NCBI RefSeq assembly: GCF_964213995.1
Contig: NW_027590214.1
Location: 496,001 to 560,000, forward strand
Length of the DNA: 64,000 bases
From: Mustelus asterias
Taxonomy: Eukaryota
Direction of reading: 5' to 3'
Shown one piece after another: positions 39,649 to 52,915 of this stretch. A model generated the notes under the pieces. It was not told the DNA's origin, searched no databases, and worked only from the letters and a program-made list of their open reading frames with translations. The position numbers and the translations under genes are program-made. The stretch's first letter is position 1. The number at the start of each line of letters is the position of its first letter.

Positions 39649-40491
39649 TCACTTGTGAACTCGCTGGTGTCTCCGCAGGCTGGATGACTGAGTGAATCCC
39701 TTCCCACACACACAGCAGGTGAACGGTCTCTCCCCAGTGTGAACTCGCTGGTGTTCCTGCAGGTTGGATGACGTTCTAAATTTCTTTGTGCAGTGAGAGC
39801 AGCTGAACGGTCTCTCCTCAGTGTGAATGCGCTGGTGGATCATCAGATCCCCAGAACGTTTGAAACTACTTCCACAGGCAGAGCATTTAAAGGGTCTCTC
39901 CTGGGTGTGAGTGAGATTGTGACTCAGCAGGCTGGATGAATGAGTGAATCCCTTCCCACACACAGAGCAGGTGAACGGTCTCTCCCTGGTGTGAATTCGC
40001 TGGTGCTCCCGCAGGTGAGATAACGTTCTAAGTGTCTTTGTGCAGTGAGAGCAGCTGAACGGTCTCTCCCCAGTGTGAATCCGCTGGTGGATCATCAATT
40101 CCCGAGAGCTTTTGAAACCACTTCCACAGTCAGAGCATTTAAAGGGTTTCTCATTGCTGTGAGTGACTTTGTGTTTTGACAGGTTGGATAACTGCATAAA
40201 TCCTTTCCCACACACCAAGCAGGTGAATGGTCTCTCTCCAGTGTGAACACGCTGGTGTCTCTGCAGCTCGGGTAAATGAGCGAATCCGTTCCCACACTCA
40301 AAGCAGATGAACGCTCTTTCTCCAGTGTGAACCAGTTGATGTCGCTGCAGATGATATAACCGAGTGAATCCCTTCCCACACACAGAACAGGTGTACGGCT
40401 TCTCTCCAGTGTGAATACGTCGATGGGTTTGCAGCTCAGAGGGGGTTTTGCAACCCTTCCCACAGTCCCCACATTTCCACGGTTTCTCCAT
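39649..40491 (-). CDS. C2H2 zinc-finger protein Z3 (10 fingers)
   Basis: Intact ORF MEKPWKC...HQRVHK; donor at 41315-41316, acceptor at 40874-40875. Confidence 0.88.
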   Translation of the reverse strand: MEKPWKCGDCGKGCKTPSELQTHRRIHTGEKPYTCSVCGKGFTRLYHLQRHQLVHTGERAFICFECGNGFAHLPELQRHQRVHTGERPFTCLVCGKGFMQLSNLSKHKVTHSNEKPFKCSDCGSGFKSSRELMIHQRIHTGERPFSCSHCTKTLRTLSHLREHQRIHTRERPFTCSVCGKGFTHSSSLLSHNLTHTQERPFKCSACGSSFKRSGDLMIHQRIHTEERPFSCSHCTKKFRTSSNLQEHQRVHTGERPFTCCVCGKGFTQSSSLRRHQRVHK

Positions 40492-40647
40492 GGTGCAGGT
40501 ATCCTTGTGTTGCTCCAGGTTTGACCATCAGTTGAAGTCTCACACAGAACAAGATTATGGTGCCCTGCTGTGATGGTGCAATATTGTTTACGGCCGTGTA
40601 ACTGGGAGGCTCTTTCCACAGTCAATGCACGGGAAAATCTCAGTTGA

Positions 40648-40652
40648 TTGTG

Positions 40653-40689
<37 letters not shown>
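40648..40689. repeat. (TG)n microsatellite
   Basis: Direct reading; lies in the 5' UTR part of the Z3 coding exon. Confidence 0.95.
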
Positions 40690-40690
<1 letters not shown>

Positions 40691-41316
40691 AGTCCTGTTC
40701 CAGTCACGCTGATGTTTAAAGACTGCTAAAGCAGGCAGAACAGAGAAACATTTCCCCTTCTGGGTTCAAAGGCCGATATCATTCAGGTCCCGATGAATTG
40801 AGTGAGTTTGTCAGATGTTGACGTGATGTTTGATTTGAGATTTCTGTCTGTGAAATCCTCACCTTCTGATATCCTGTAAAAGGAGTTAACAAAATTCATC
40901 ATTTCAATACAGGATAGAAATTCAAAACAGACAATTCTAGTTTCTATGGAATATTCTTTCCTCTCTCATTCCCCAAAAGCTGTAAATCTCCATCCCACAC
41001 ACTCTCCCTCCATTCTCACTCTGCTGTATCTAATATTCACCCTCCCAATTCTCCTGAAGGTGCTGATTGAGGCTGATTGACAGATCCATGCTCACAGCTT
41101 CCTGTCCTGGAAACAGCTGAAAATCTTCAAGCTGACAGTCACATTAAAGTTTTACATTTGGACATAAAGCAGGCTGATGATGTGTGTAATACACTGTATT
41201 ACCTGGATACAGATACATGAAGAATGTGAGGAAGATCTGCATTGCGGCAGCGAGTGGTGACCTGGAAGTTAAAAATTACTCCAGAATGAGAAGAGAAAAG
41301 AAAGTGTTTTACTCAC

Positions 41317-41760
41317 AGATGTTGATGACTGGAGAAGTCTGAGTCTGTCTGAAGCTCAATCTTAATTCAGAGAGAAGCAGCAGCAGCTTTGCTGGGCAGG
41401 AACGAGCAGCTGAACAAGCTCATTGTCCACTTCCGCATTCAGACAAAGGGGGAGCTCTGATTGGCTGGAGGTCCAGAGTCCTTCAGGTCCTCCAACTCCC
41501 CCATTGGTCAACACCTCAGCAAACAGGTCAGGGGGTGGGCACTCCCCCGCACATGCGCAGCTTCCCCTCTCCCTTGGACATGCGCAGTCCCGGGGAAGGG
41601 GGAGATCACTGGTGGCCGGAGCCACCAGCCGGTTGCCTGGAAACCTTGGCTCGAGGGGGAGGGGAACAATGGGTGGGGGCGGGGCTCCCGGGTCCGCGCG
41701 GCGGAGATCCCACCCCCTGACCTTGGGGGAGTGGAAACTTCCTCCTGTCGCCAACCTCTG
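41317..41760. promoter_or_regulatory. Bidirectional CpG promoter and non-coding first exons of Z3 (minus) and Z4 (plus)
   Basis: Outward-facing CT|GTGAGTAAAAC donors at each end; two ACATGCGCA (NRF1-like) motifs, CCAAT/ATTGG boxes and a GC box between them. Confidence 0.78.
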
Positions 41761-42538
41761 TGAGTAAAACACTTTCTTTTCTCCCCCTTTCCATTTCTTT
41801 TCTCATTCTGGGGGAAATTGGGGACTTGCAGCAACTGAAGGGAAAGGAAGTGAGTCCAGTCTGGACATTCCACACATTGTTAGTCCAGTCAGATAGACAT
41901 ATATCTGTCTGGCAGCCTGCATGGAGATTTTCAGCTCTCTGTGTCCAGGACAGGAAGCAGTGAGCATGGATCTGTCAATCAGCCTCAATCAGCACCTTCA
42001 GGAGAATTGGGAGGGTGAATATTAGATACAGCAGAGTGAGAATGGAGGGAGAGTGTGTGGGATGGAGATTTACAGCTTTTGGGGAATGAGAGAGGAAAGA
42101 ATGTTCCATAGAAACTAGAATTGTCTGTTCTGAATTTCTATCCTGTGCTGACATTGATGAATTTTTCAAACTCGTTTACAGGATATGAGAAGGTGAGGAT
42201 TAACAGACCAAAATCTTGAAACAAACATCACACCAGCATCTGACACCCTCACTCAATTCATCGGACCTGAATATTATCGGCCTTTGAATCTAGAAGGAGA
42301 AATGTTTCTCTGTTCTGTCTGCGAAAACAGGTCTTTAATATCAATGTGACTGGAAAAGCACCAAGGCACTGATACACCCGAGTGACAGTGTTCCAGTGCA
42401 CTGAGTGTGGAAAGAGCTTTAACCAGTTACACAGCCTGAAAATACATCACAGCATTCACAGCGGGAGAGACTGTACCCGTGTTCTGTGTGAGATTTAACT
42501 GACTGTTTAACCTGGAGAGTCACAAGGACACCCGCACC

Positions 42539-43996
42539 ATGGAGAAACGGTGGAAATGTGGGGACTGTGGGAAGAGATACAGAGCCCCCTGTGACCTGGA
42601 AATCCATCGACGCAGTCACACCGGGGAGAGGCCATTCACCTGCTCTGTGTGTGGGAAGGGATACATTCAGTTGTCCCACCTGCTCAGACACAAAGTCACT
42701 CACAGCAATGAGAGACCCTTTAAATGCTCTGACTGTGGAAGCGACTTCAAACGTGCTGCGGATCTGAGAGAGCACGAGCGCATTCACACTGAGGAGAGAC
42801 CGTTCAGCTGCTCTCACTGCACAAAGACATTCAGAACATCATCCAACCTGCAGCAACACCAGCGAGTTCACACCGGGGAGAGACCGTTCACCTGCTCTGT
42901 GTGTGGGAAGGGATTCACTCAATTATCCAGCCTGCTGAAACACAAAGTCACCCACACCCAGGAGAGACCCTTTAAATGCTCTGACTGTGGGAGAGGCTTC
43001 AAAAGCTCTGGTGAACTGATGTCCCACAAACGCTTTCACACTGCAGAGGGACTGTTCACCTGCTCTGTGTGTGGGAAGGGATTCAATCGGTCATCCCACC
43101 TGCAGACACACCAGCGAGTTCATACTGGGGAGAGACCATTCACCTGCCGTGTGTGTGGGAAGGGATTCACTCAGTCATCCCACCTACAGAATCACAAAGT
43201 CACTCACAGCAATGAGAGACCCTTTAAATGCTCTGACTGTGGGAGTGGCTTCAAAAGTGCTGCGGATCTGAATATCCACCAGCGCATTCACACTGAGGAG
43301 AGACCGTTCAGCTGTTCTCACTGCACAAAGAGGTTCAAAACCTCATCCAATCTGCGGGTACACCAGCGAGTTCACACTGGGAAGAGGCCATTCACTTGCT
43401 CTGTGTGTGGGAAGGGATTCACTCAGTCATCTGGTCTGACAACACACAAAGTCACTCACAGCAATGAGAGACCTTTTAAATGCTCTGACTGTGGGCGTGG
43501 CTTCAAAAGTGCTGCAGATCTGATGATTCACCAGCGCATTCACACTGAGGAGAGACCCTTCAGCTGCTCTCACTGCACAAAGAGATTTAAAAGTTCATCC
43601 AATCTGCGGAAACACCAGCGAGTTCACACTGGGGAGAAACCATTCCCCTGCTGTGTGTGTGGGAAAGGATTCACTCAGTTGTCCAGCCTGCTGAAGCACA
43701 AAAGCACTCACACCCAGGAGAGACCCTTTCAATGCACTGACTGTGGGACTGGTTTTGAAAGCTCTCATGAACTGTTGATTCACCAGCGAGTTCACACTGA
43801 GGAGAGACCGTTCAGCTGCTCTCACTGCACAAAGAGATTTAAAAGGTCATCCACACTGCGGATACACCAGCGAGTTCACACTGGGGAGAAACCATTCCCC
43901 TGCTGTGTGTGTGGAAAGGGATTCACTCAGTCATCCAGCTTGCTGAGACACAATGTTACTCACACCAAGGAGAGACCCTTTAAATGCTCTGACTGA
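42539..43996 (+). CDS. C2H2 zinc-finger protein Z4 (17 fingers; ends at a Cys-to-stop codon, decayed fingers continue to ~44340)
   Basis: 485-aa ORF; acceptor AG 42180-42181. Confidence 0.85.
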   Translation: MEKRWKCGDCGKRYRAPCDLEIHRRSHTGERPFTCSVCGKGYIQLSHLLRHKVTHSNERPFKCSDCGSDFKRAADLREHERIHTEERPFSCSHCTKTFRTSSNLQQHQRVHTGERPFTCSVCGKGFTQLSSLLKHKVTHTQERPFKCSDCGRGFKSSGELMSHKRFHTAEGLFTCSVCGKGFNRSSHLQTHQRVHTGERPFTCRVCGKGFTQSSHLQNHKVTHSNERPFKCSDCGSGFKSAADLNIHQRIHTEERPFSCSHCTKRFKTSSNLRVHQRVHTGKRPFTCSVCGKGFTQSSGLTTHKVTHSNERPFKCSDCGRGFKSAADLMIHQRIHTEERPFSCSHCTKRFKSSSNLRKHQRVHTGEKPFPCCVCGKGFTQLSSLLKHKSTHTQERPFQCTDCGTGFESSHELLIHQRVHTEERPFSCSHCTKRFKRSSTLRIHQRVHTGEKPFPCCVCGKGFTQSSSLLRHNVTHTKERPFKCSD

Positions 43997-44339
43997 GAGG
44001 CCGGACTCAAAACCTCTCAGGAACTGATGATCAACCAGCGCATTTACACAGGGGAGAGACAGTTCAGCTGCTCTGTGTGTGGGCGTGGCTTCAAAAGCTC
44101 TGGCTAATTGGTGTCCCACCAGCGCACTCTCACTGCACAAAGAGATTTAAATGGTCATCCAACCTGCAGGAACACCAGTGAGTTCACACCGGGGAGAGAC
44201 CATTTACCTGCTCAGTGAGTGTGAAAGGATTTACTCGGTTATCCAGACTGCACAGACAGAACATCACTCACACTCTGCAGAGATCCTTTAAATTCTCCGA
44301 ATGTGGGTGCGGCTTCAAAAGCTCTTGGGAACTGATGAG

Positions 44340-45040
44340 ACGGAGACAGGAATGAGATAGAGAATCTGGTGAACTGGTGCGGCGGCAATAATCTCTCCCT
44401 CAATACCAACAAAATGAAGGAGACTGACATTGGTTTCAGGAAGCGTAAAGGAGAACATGTCACTGTCTACTTCAATGGGGACGATACAGAAATGGTCGAG
44501 AGCTTCATGTTTTTAGGTGTCCCAATCACCAACAACCTGTCCTGGTCCCCCCCATGCCGACACTATAGTTAAGCCCACCAACGCCTCTACTTTCTCAGAA
44601 GACTAAGGAAATTTAGCACATCAGCTATGACTCTCACCAACTTCTACAGATTCACCAAAGAAAGCATTCTTTTTGGTTGTATCACAGCTTGGTATGGCTC
44701 CTGCTCTGTCCAAGACCGCAATAAACTACAAAGGTCGTGAACAAAACCCAGTCCATCACGCAAACCAGCCTCCCATCCATTGACTCTGTCTACACTTCCC
44801 GCTGCCTCCACAAAGCAGCCAGCATAATTAAGGACCCCACCCACCCCAGACATTCTCTCTTCCACCTTCTTCTGTCAGGAAAAAGACACAAAAATCAGGA
44901 CATGTACCAACTGACTGAAGAGCAGCTTCCTCCCTGCTGCCATCAGACTTTTGAATGGACCTACCTCACATTCAGTTGATCTTTTTCTGCACCCTCGCTC
45001 TGACTGTAACACTACATTCTGCACCAGCTTCTTTCCATCT
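44340..45040 (+). mobile_element. Rex1/Babar-like non-LTR 3' fragment
   Basis: NWCGGNNLSLNTNK..FLGVPITNNLSWS..QRLYFLRRLRKF..LTNFYR..CITAWYGSC. Confidence 0.72.
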
Positions 45041-46264
45041 CGATGAATAGATTATCCATTTTACTTTAATTTTCCTCACTTTGTGAGCATGTGCAGTGTG
45101 TTTAATTGGATCCTGATTGTTTTGAACTCAGTTTCTCTCTGGAGTGTCAATGCCTTGATGATGTCACAATGATGTCTCAATCCCCTGGCCACATGAACCA
45201 TTTCATCTCCTGCTGTGTCTCAAGTAGCTGTGTGTGTTTGGGACCCGCTCTTCACTCCATCTCACCATGAATTTAGGCTTGCTATTTTTCACATGGAACA
45301 AATCACATCTGTACACTCACTCCGGTATCCCAAAATCATGTCACACATTGTTAACTCTCAGATGCGCGGATGAAAAGATCAAAGTGAGTGTCTGTCTTTC
45401 TTATCTCCCCCTACTATTTCATGTAGTGGCCGGGCTTTCAAATGTGGATTTTTTAATGTGGACAAAGATGTAAATATCACCCAGAGAAAGTGATCAACTT
45501 ATTCATCCCAGCTACACATTCCAGACTTGCACTTGGACTGTAGGTGGATACCAGATTGATATATTCCATTCAACCACATCCAAGGTGAATTATTCCAATT
45601 CCTTTATTGTCCAGGAAAGTATATTCACAATATCTTTAAAACAGAAATTAAACATTCCCATTTGATTTCAGGTATTAACATATTCTGTTAGTTTGTTCTT
45701 TATTGTCAATGTCAGGCTGGGGTTGTTCCCCTTGGAGCAAAGGAGGTTGAGGGGAGATTTGATAGAGGTGGACAAGATTCTGACAGGTTTAGATAAGGTG
45801 GACAAAGAAAAGCTGTTCCCATTAGCTGATGGGCCAAGGATGAGGGGTCAGAGATTTATGGTTTTGGGTCAGAGATGCAGGAGGGGATGGGAGGAAGAAT
45901 ATTTTGATGCTGTGAATGGTAATGACCTGGAACTCGCTGCCTACGAGGGTGGAGGAAGTGGAGACAATAAACAATTACAAAGGAAATTGGATGGGTATTT
46001 GAGGGGTTTTAGACAGAAATGCTGACTAAAGATCTCTTACCTTCCTCACTCCCTCTCACTCTGTGATCCTTGTGAAATCTGAAACCAGGTATTCACAACA
46101 AGTCTCAAAGAGCATCAGCCCACTGGAGGCAAACTTTGTGAGACCAGCCAGTCCAGCAGAAAGAAACCCTCCCCATTGACCAACTGTGAGAATGAACAAA
46201 ATGCAATCCTGGATGTAACTGAGAGCAGGAACAATAACAGCAGAATCCAACCCGTGTGATCACA

Positions 46265-46702
46265 CCGTGAGTTCACACCAGGGAGAGACCGTTCCCCTGC
46301 TCTGTGTGTGGGAAGGAATTCACTCATTCATCCAGCCTGCAGAACCACAATCTCACTCACATCAATGAGACACCCTTTAAATGCTCGGATTGTGAAAGTG
46401 GTTTCAAAAGTTCTCGGGATGTGATGATCCACCAGTGCATTCACACTGAGGAGAGACCGTTCAGCTGCTCTCACTGCACAAAGAGATTTAGAACGTCATC
46501 CCACCTACGGGAACACCAGGGAGTTCACACTGGGGAGAGACCGTTCACCTGCTGTGTGTGTGGGAAGGGATTCACTCAGTCATCCAGCCTGCGGGAACAC
46601 CAGCGAGTTCACACTGGGGAGAGACCGTTCACCTGCTGTGTGTGTGGGAAAGGATTCACTCAGTCATCCAGCCTGCGGGAACACCAGCGAGTTCACAAAT
46701 GA
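46265..46702 (+). pseudogene. C2H2 ZNF 3' fragment Z5 (~5 fingers, no 5' end)
   Basis: Paralog of the Z3 3' end including its 3' flank; begins abruptly at a junction with an inverted Z2-type 3' UTR. Confidence 0.8.
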
Positions 46703-49700
46703 TGACAGGGGTTGGATTCTGCTGTTCTTGCTGCTGTTAATCACATCCAGGACTGAACCATGTTCATTCTGACAGTTGGTGAAGTGGGAGGGTCGGAGGG
46801 TTTCTTTCTGTTGGACTGGCTGGACTCACGACTTTACTTCTAGTTCGCTGATGCTCTTTGAGCCTGGGAGAGCACATTTCCACTGAAAGGACATTTATTT
46901 TATCCTGGATAGTAAATAGTGTTTTTCCGACCACGACAGGTAGATCTAAAATAAATACAGAAAGAGCTGGAAAAACACAACACGTCTTGCAGCATCTGTG
47001 GAGAGAGAAACAGTGTTAATGTTTCACACTACTGGATTGGGAATCAATCTTGTGAACCTCCTCTGAACTGCTTCCAATGCATTTATATCCTTTGTTTAAT
47101 AGGAGACAAAATTGTACCCTGTGTTCAAGGTGCAATCTCAGCAACGCCCTGCACAACTGAAGCAGAACATCTTTACTTCTATGTTCAATTTCTCTCAGAA
47201 TAAAGGATAACATTCCATTTATAAGAACTTTGATTTATTTGAACTAAGATTTATGGGGGTTCTCTTGTTTACAATAACCTCACATGAGCAGCCTGGGAAT
47301 GGAGGGATACAAATGATTGGTCTAGTTGGACCAAGGAGCGGCACAAGCTTGGAGGGCCGAAGGGCCTGTTTCCTGTGCTGTACTGTTCTTTGTTCTAATC
47401 ATAAATCACACCAGGTTCCAGTGACTTAACCATATGGCAAGAAAGGATATTTTAAACGGTGAATTCAGAAAGTTTATGAACCATTAAAAATGTAACAAGT
47501 TAGAAAGATAAAAAAGCAAAGTATGGATCAACAGCAAAAGGAGGAAAGCTGAACTTTAACTTCTCCATCCTTCTCAAACCAGGACATGAAGTGATGGCTC
47601 TGAAAACGTGGATAACTTGAAAAACTAACAGCTCTCAACGTCTCTCTGTCGGGCACAGTGTGAGGCACTGCTGCCTCACAGCAGAGGGTTCGAGTCCTGG
47701 CTTGGGTCACTGGCTGTGCGGAGTTCGCCCATTCTCCCCGTGTCTGTGCAGGTTTCCTCCGGGTGCTCCAGTTTCCTCCCACAGTCCGAAAGACGTGCTG
47801 GTTGGGTACATTGGCCATGCTAAATTCTCCCTCAGTTTACCCGAACAGGCACCAGAGTGTGGCGACTGGGGGATTTTCAGAGTAACTTCATTGCAATGTT
47901 AATGTAAGTCTATGTGTGACATTAATAAACAAACGATAAAAAAAGTTAACTTTTAAACACTTTTACTGAATTGGTTTCTCGAATCCCTTTTTTATACTTT
48001 CAAAATGTAGAAAGCCCAGCTCAGCTAATTGTTAGGAATTAGTGAATTGGTCTATAACTTGTCAAGAATGCAATTGATTTGGTTTTTAGCTAATTGCACA
48101 TATTGTCTTAATTTTAAGACATATCTTTCTCTCAGACGATATCTCTTAGCTTGGGGTAGCCTGATAATTGGGTCAACCGATAATTGGTTCACATCAGTCA
48201 TTCAATGGTGAGACATCTTGAACAGGAGCCGATTCATTCCCTCCGGTCAAGGTTAACAAGTCCTTTCATCTTTCTTTATTCTGTCAGCATGGGAAGGGAA
48301 CATCTGATAATTCCCACAGCATTTTAACCATTCTTAATGTGTTTATAATTCTAAGTTATAAACTTGTGTTCAAATTTACATTTCCAGCCTTTATAACATA
48401 TGTATTAATGAATCATTTATTATTTAATTGTCTCACAATTAAGGCTGTCTATTTAACTAATCTGGCTGCTTTCCAATTGTGGGAACTTCAGGGCACAAAA
48501 AAGGTAGTTCGAGTCATAGAGGTTTACAGCATGGAAACAGGCCTTTCGGCCCAACTTGTCCATGCCGCCCAGTTTTTACCACTAAACTAGTCCTAATTGC
48601 CCTGTAATATTACTCATGATCTGTGCTTCCAAGCATTTTGAATGTGCATCTACAATAAGCAAACACATGTGATTCATGAAAGGCCCCCCAAGGGCCACAT
48701 GTAGTCTGGACCACGGCCTATCAGGCCACTCCCATGGATGAAGTGGTAATGTACCCAGTGTGTTGGGGGGAATGAACTCAGAAGAATCATTCAACACTCA
48801 AACCTGATTCAATCGACAAACAGTTTATTGAGCTGGGCCAGCGGGGAGAAGCCACAGGGGCTGACCACGTGCAACTCCACCCAATAAAGAATATGATCAA
48901 TTCTTATGCAGTTACTTAGTCCATCCCAGCTGGACACAATCCAATCAGAATGGTGATAGATTACATACATTACATAGAGGTGCAATTAAATTAGTATCTG
49001 GGCATCATGGGGCTTTGTCAGCATCTCGTGAACAGATAGGTGCCCCCATCATGATGTTTTCCAGACCCCCTTATCTACCATCCTTGGGGTTTTCTTTGTA
49101 CATAGACTGAGTTTGAAAAGGGGTGGATTAAAAGTTCTCAAATGGATGTCAGCACCCTTCCTTTGTTTCAATCTAATGACCACACGGTCTGGGAATCATT
49201 TCTATTTAATAATCTCTCCTTTTAAACTCTGTTCTTCAGTATCCAATGCCAGAATTTTCCTTTTCATTGTGTTAATTGTGTCAGGAATAAATCTTTGGAC
49301 CTGACAGGAAGTTTAACCCAAGATCAATCCAACACAGGACTGGTCAGAATCATTTCATATGTACCAAATTTTAAATAACCATTACAAATTAAAACTCTCA
49401 TTCTCACATGTGAGTTTTATCCGGATTAAAATTCCTGCATGTTTAGTAAAATATCCTGGAAACATGTCTCTGTCCAGTAAATATGGCTCCAAGTTCATAA
49501 CTTTTGAAAAAAAACATTTTATTAATTACACTTCCTTTTTTAAATGTTTGACTTAAATCACAGACAGAAAAACTCAAAGCCTGAAGCATTCAACCCACAA
49601 ATATCATCCATACACAAACAGAGAAACTTAGCATGTGCTTTACAACAACAATAACCAAAATTAATTACTTAAGCGTTCTTGTGATTCTGTTTTTAAAACT

Positions 49701-50199
49701 TCCAAAAATGCCTTTAATCAAAGACTCAAGGTAAGGTTAATTCCCCAGAAAGATAAAACTTAACAAATGTAGCCCAAAACAATTATAAAACACATCTACA
49801 AACATCCACAGAAAACAAATGAAACACACAGATTCTCACAGCTCGTAAATTTCAGTCAATGAATCCTCAGCATTCTCTCTCGCAGTGATAGCTTCTTAAA
49901 GTGATAGAGCACTACAAGCTCACAACTCCTTGATTAAAATAAGATCCAAGATCCTTCATTATAACTTAACCCTTTTTAAGCCATTTTATCAGCAACATCT
50001 AATCTTTGTTAATTTAAAATCCCAAACACGTTACCACCTGCAATCTCTTTGTTCTTTACCTGGGGTTGAGGTGACAACAATATAAAATTCTCAGTTATTC
50101 CAAATTCCTCCAGGCTACACTTAAAATTTCCACATTTAACTGGCTCCAATAAATCCACAATTATAAACTAAAATAGACACGAGTTTCTGGGTGATTTAA

Positions 50200-52915
50200 A
50201 AACAAGTTAAAAACAAGATGCCATAGGAAAGATAGAACAGGAGAAAAGAAAGGAGGGGGAGTTGCACTTTTGATTCAGGAAAACATCACGGCAGTACTGA
50301 GAGGGGACATATCCGAGGGTTCGCCCACTGAGTCAAAAGGGGTGAACTGAGAAATAAGAAGGGGGAAATCACTTTGATAGGGTTGTACTATAGGCCCCCA
50401 AATAGTCGGTGGGAAATTGAGGAGCAAATATGTAAGGAGATTACAGATAGTTCCAAGAAAAATAGGGTGGTAATAGTCGGGGATTTTAACTTTCCCAACA
50501 TTGACTGGGACAGACATAGTATTCGAGGCTTGGATGGGGAGAAATTTGTTGAGTGTATTCAGGAGGAATTTCTCATTCAGTATGTGGATGGCCCGACTAG
50601 AGAGGGGCAAAACTTCACCTCCTCTTGGGAAATAAGGAAGGGCAGGTGATAGAAGTGTGAGTGAGGGATCACTTTGGGACCAGTGACCATAATTCCATTA
50701 GTTTTAAGATACCTATGGAAAATGATTGGTCAGGTCCAAAAGTTAAAATTCTAAATTAGGGCAAGGCCAATGTTGATGGTATCAGGCAGGAACTTTCGAC
50801 AGTTAACTGGGGGAGTCTGTGGGAAGGCAAAGGGACGTCTGGAAAGTGGGAGGCTTTCAAAAGTGTTTTAACCAGTGTTCAGGATAAGCACATTGCTCTT
50901 AGAGTGAAGGGCAAGGCTGGTAGAAGTCAGGAACCCTGGATGACTCGAGATATTGAGGCCCTCATCAAGAAGAAGGAGGCACATGACATGCATAGGCAGC
51001 TGGGATCCCTTGAAGAATATAGAGGGTGTAGGAGTAGAATTAAGAGAGAAATCAGGAGGGCAAAAAGGGGACACGAGATTGTTTTGGCAGATAAGGCAAA
51101 GGATAATCCAAAGAGGTTCTATAAATACATAAAGTGCCAAAGAGTAACTAGGTAGAGAGTAGGGCCTCTTAAGGATCAACAAGGTCATCTATGTGCGGAT
51201 CCACAAGAGATGGGTGAGATCATAAATGAATATTTTTCATCATTATTTATTGCTGAGAAAAGCATGGATGTTAGGGAACTTGGGGAAATAAAGTGATGTC
51301 TTGAGAAGTGTACTTATAACAGAGAAGGAGATGCTGGAAGTCATAAAGCGCATCAAGGTAGATAAATCCCCGGGACCTGATGAAGTGTATCCCAGAACAC
51401 TGTGGGAGGCGAGGGAGGAAATTGCGGGTCTCCTAGCAGAGATATTTGAATCATCGATAGTCACAGGTGAGGTGCCTAAAGATTGGAGGGTGGCAAATGT
51501 GGAGCCTTTGTTTAAAAAGGGCTGCAGGGAAAAGCCTGGGAACTAAAGGGCGGTGTGATTCACATCTGTAAGTTGTCAGAAGGTATTTGAGAGACAGGAT
51601 CTACAAGCATTTGGAGACACAAGGACTGATTAGGGACGGTCAGCATGGCTTTGTGAGTGGCAAATCATGTCTCACAAATTTGATTGAGTTTTTTGAAGGG
51701 GTAACCAAGAAGGTAGATGAGGGCAGTACAGGTGATGCTGTCTACATGGACTTTAGAAAGGCCTTTGACAAGGTATCGCGTGGTAGATTGTTGCTTAAGG
51801 TTAAATCTAATGAAATCCAGGGTGAGTTAGCCAAATGGATACAAAACTGGCTTGATGACAGAAGACAGAGGGTGGTTGTAGAAGGATGTTTTTCAAACTG
51901 GAGCCTGTGACCAGCGGTGTGCCTCAAGGATCGGTGCTGGGTCCACTGTTATTTGTCATTTATATTAATGATTTGGATGAGAATGTAGGAGGCATGGTTA
52001 GTAAGTTTTCAGATGACACCAAAGTTGGTGGCATCGTGGACAGTGGAGAAGGCTATCTAGGATTGTAGCGCGATCTTGATCAATTGGACCAGTGGGCTGA
52101 CGAATGGCAGATGGAGTTTAATTTAGATAAATGCGAGGTAATACATTTTGGGCGATCGAACCAGGACAGGACTTACTCCGTTAATGGTAGGGTGTTGGGG
52201 AGAGTTACAGAACAGAAATCTAGGGGTACAGGTACATAGCTCCTTGAAAATGGAGTTGCAGGTGGACAGAGTGGTGAAGAAGGCATTCTGCATGTTGGTC
52301 AGAACATTGAATACAGGAGTTGGAATGTCTTGTTGAAGTTTTACAAGACATTGGTAAGGCCACACTTGGAATACTGTGTACAGTTCTGGTCACCCTATGA
52401 TAGAAAGGATATTATTAAACTAGAAAGAGTGCAGAAAAGATTTATTAGGATGCTACCGGGACTTGATGATTTGAGTTATAAAGAGAGGCTGGATAGACTG
52501 GGACTTTTTCCCTGGAATGTAGGAGGCTTAGGGGTGAACTTATAGAGGTCTATAAAATAATGAGGGGCATAGATCAGCTAGATAGTCAATATCTTTTCCC
52601 AAAGGTAGGGGAGTCTAAAACTAGAGGGCATAGGTTTAAGGTGAGAGGGGAGAGATACAGAAGGGTCCAGAGGGGCACTTGTTTCACACAGAGGGTGGTG
52701 AGTGTCTGGAAAAAGGTGCCAGAGGTAGTAGTAGAGGCAGGTACAATTTTGTCTTTTAAAAAGCGTTTAGACAGTTACATGGGTAAGATGGGTGTCGAGG
52801 GATATGGGCCAAACGTGGACAATTGGGATGAGCACAGGGGTTAAAAAAGGGGCGGCATGGACAAGTTGGGCTGAAGGGCCCGTTTCCAAGCTGGAAACCT
52901 CTATGACTCCATGAC
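50200..52915 (+). mobile_element. CR1/HER1-like LINE, decayed
   Basis: [41 protein letters not shown]; same subfamily as 7300-9520. Confidence 0.93.
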
